Shown here: one piece after another, positions 44,950 to 47,390 of the stretch
Layout: every line of letters starts with the position of its first letter
Position numbering within the stretch: position 1 is the stretch's first letter
IMG/VR virus record: IMGVR_UViG_3300033406_000194
Span: 1-47,390 of that record
Source: a virus
Lineage: Duplodnaviria; Caudoviricetes
Length of the DNA: 47,390 nucleotides
Direction: 5' to 3' (one strand)
Made by a program: the position numbers and the translations under genes
The notes under the pieces: model-generated
Databases searched by the model: none
What the model was told of the DNA's origin: nothing
What the model saw: the letters and a program-made list of their open reading frames with translations, nothing else

Positions 44950-46124
44950 CTAACGCGATTGTACTTTTGTATCTAAGCCATTCATGATTGCATCCATGAG
45001 ATTTGCTGTTCTCTTTTTGGTTTCGGCCAGAATGCCTCCATAATATTCATCCGTCGTGGAGAAATTTTTATGTCCTAACCATGCCTGAACCTCTTGCATC
45101 GTTGCCCCGTTCGACAGCAAGAGTACGGCATTGGTGTGTCGGAGGTCATGAAACCTTACTTTCCGCAGTCCGTGTTTTTTGATAAACACCGGAAACGCCC
45201 ATGAAATGTAGTTCGGGGAAATAAGGTCTCCAAGTTCGTTGACACAAATAAAATCTTCCCATGTAGTATCATATTGGTTCCCCGCTAATAGCCTGTTTTG
45301 AGCTTGTTGTGCTTTCCAGTGTTTGAGCATCCTTATGTTATCATCACTTAATGGAAATGTTCGCATGCCGGCGTCTGACTTGGTATGCCCACGATATTCC
45401 AGCTTACTGCCTCCAGTGCCGCCACTGCGATAAGAAACAATCCCGTTAACAGTAAAGGTTTTGCGCTGAAAGTTAACTGAACTCCATTTTGCTCCAGCAA
45501 TTTCACCGCGCCGCATACCAAGCCAACTTGCCAAATAAATCGGGATTTCAAGCCACGTACCTACGGAAGCGGCTAAAATAGTGTCCAGTTCGTCCTTGGT
45601 GTAATAGGCTCCTTTATATTTTTGTACCTTTGGCAACACTACCTTCTCAGCAGGATTTGCCGGGATCAAGTCTCTTCGTACCCCGTCTTTAAAGGCGGAA
45701 TATAGACAAGCCTGATAGTGGCTAACGGTATTCGCTGATATGTGATCCTTTTGCATCTTGTAATTATAAAATGTCTCAATATGATTGGTATTGCAACTAT
45801 GTAGCGTGATTCCCAGCGAATCAAAGTAAGGGGCAATTGTTTTGCTAATCATACGTTTGTACTCGTGGTAAGTAGTTGCCTCAATAGCAAGTTTCTTGCG
45901 CTCTACCCAGTCCAGCAGAAAAGCCCCAACGCCATATTACTATAATCAACAATCAGCTTTGTTTCCCATTCTTTGAGCACAGAAATTCTGGTTGTTTCCC
46001 CGATACGTTTTCCTTACTTGAGCGGTAATTCCGTTGAGACCCATTTCTGTTTGCGTTTGTTTTCGTGTTTCCAATTCAATACAACATAGACTATTCCATT
46101 TTTTATTTGCAAACTTGCCGTCAT
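44950..46124 (-). pseudogene. Tyrosine integrase of a second integrative element, disrupted at the 5' end
   Basis: GGAGG-ATG at 46124 (MTASLQIKNG...KWVST), in-frame TAA, then frameshift near 45930; catalytic part intact (GMRRGE, HDLRHT, LGH, Y). Confidence 0.8.
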
Positions 46125-46126
46125 AG

Positions 46127-46360
46127 TTACCTCCTAAACATGACAGCATCAGCACATATTTGTCCGTCGTTACTATTGTCATTATAACATGAGCCATACA
46201 CAAAATCTATCAGGTATCATTTGGGAATGCGGATGGAACGACCAATTTTTAGGTATTGAATGTCCCCGTTGTGGATAAGCTGATACGCCGTAGAGCGACC
46301 TATTCCAAGAGCTTCTTGAAGTTGCTCAATGTTAAGTACATCGGGGAAGTCAGAAAACAT
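46127..46360 (-). pseudogene. Excisionase (HTH_17-like), probably with premature stop
   Basis: MFSDFPDVLNIEQLQEALGIGRSTAYQLIHNG.I...KIGRSIRIPK*YLIDF. Confidence 0.7.
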
Positions 46361-46666
46361 ATTATTGATATTATTATCAGTGTTGCAAGTCATTTTTTCT
46401 ATATATATCGTCCTCTTTCTTTTTTATCATTCAGAGCCAGAACGAACCTACCGCCATAAAAGACGGTAGCTGTGCCAGCGTTGTATTTTATTAATGTTTT
46501 TAACTCGATTTTGGCATTTTTCGAGCGGGGGTATATGGGAACATACCCGACACCATAAAATCGCTCTTTGGTGAGAATTTAGCCTAATAGCACTATGTTG
46601 ATTAATGCCCATACATGTTATATAATGGATTTCTAGATAGAAATTTCATGAGAGGAAGAAAATGCT

Positions 46667-47140
46667 ATGCAAACAAATATTAAATCATTTGTCGCTGGAT
46701 CGGTTACAACGCTCACTATAGTAGCACTCGCTACAACAGCTCTCGCCGCAACCGGCACTGTAAATTTCAGCACTGTAAACATCAAGGTAGGAGACGAGCA
46801 GGTAGCCTCTGTCGGGGATACTTACACATTGGACAACGGGGCAGAGGCACCCTACAGCATCTCTTACCTTGACGAGAATGGAGGTGCGACAACTTATATC
46901 CCTATTAGGGAATTTAGCGCACTTGTCGGTGTGGTTGTCTTATGGGATAGCAGTACTGAGAGTGTGATAGTGGGGGGCGAAACCAGCTTAGAACAAAAAA
47001 CGCATATCAGCGATTTCATTGACAACTCAGCAGACGACACAGATTCCGATACCACCGCCTCCACCTCCGACTACTCTGATTGGACAGCAGATGAAGAGGC
47101 GGCGTATCAGGAGTTTAAGGATGATATCCTCCTTTATTGA
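46667..47140 (+). CDS. Exported stalk-domain protein, possibly truncated
   Basis: Signal peptide, TTYIPIREFS...WD motif, acidic linker and abrupt end. Confidence 0.65.
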   Translation: MQTNIKSFVAGSVTTLTIVALATTALAATGTVNFSTVNIKVGDEQVASVGDTYTLDNGAEAPYSISYLDENGGATTYIPIREFSALVGVVVLWDSSTESVIVGGETSLEQKTHISDFIDNSADDTDSDTTASTSDYSDWTADEEAAYQEFKDDILLY

Positions 47141-47181
47141 ACTTTTATTGATATAATAACAGTGGTTCAAATTTCAGGTGC

Positions 47182-47390
47182 TTAATTACTAAGTTCCTTC
47201 AGCATTATATTGTTAAGTTTATTAATAAATTGAGCTACTTCCAGCGGTTCTTCCTTCATACCGTTATGCACCCAGGAAAGCAAAATACTGGTACAGCCAT
47301 GTGTCATAAAATAGTAAAACCATTCCTGATGTGTCTGTGACATGCTGGGTAATAAGGCTTTCATTATAGGGTTTTTGATTCTATAACTGT
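47182..47390 (-). CDS. C-terminal part of a TetR-family regulator (runs off the window)
   Basis: YFMTHGC.SILLSWVHNGMKEEP.EVA pattern of TetR C-terminal domains. Confidence 0.6.
   Translation of the reverse strand, partial: SYRIKNPIMKALLPSMSQTHQEWFYYFMTHGCTSILLSWVHNGMKEEPLEVAQFINKLNNIMLKELSN

Noticed and set aside
46506-46563. Nested inverted repeats (CGATTTT/AAAATCG, GGGTAT/ATACCC) as oriT or res site
   Set aside because: Short, not concentric, and no relaxase or resolvase in the window to support it

Overview
The window holds a host leuA gene under a Leu T-box riboswitch, a tRNA-Gln(CTG), and an apparently complete ~42.5 kb temperate prophage integrated in that tRNA. The prophage is bounded by a perfect 46-bp direct repeat at 2319-2364 and 44813-44858, has myovirus-type tail genes, and looks Clostridia/Firmicutes-like. 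Almost all phage genes lie on the minus strand. From right to left they are integrase, lysogeny control, early/recombination/replication genes, a DNA methyltransferase, the late regulator, and the packaging, head, contractile tail, baseplate and lysis modules. A second, decayed integrative element (xis and int pseudogenes) abuts the right att site. Top finding: the repressor has no autocleavage domain and is faced by a small convergent gene that copies its C-terminal helices, apparently by inverted duplication. That gene has a consensus promoter containing a LexA-box-like site, so it is a candidate SOS-triggered SinI-like antirepressor switch. Other highlights are a circularly permuted C5-methyltransferase with a nested out-of-frame subunit, several candidate anti-RBS small RNAs and a tRNA-like minihelix, a Spo0A effector-domain homologue, a half-ferritin gene in the head operon, and a -1 frameshifted tail chaperone. 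All family assignments come from motif recognition and synteny by eye; no searches were run.
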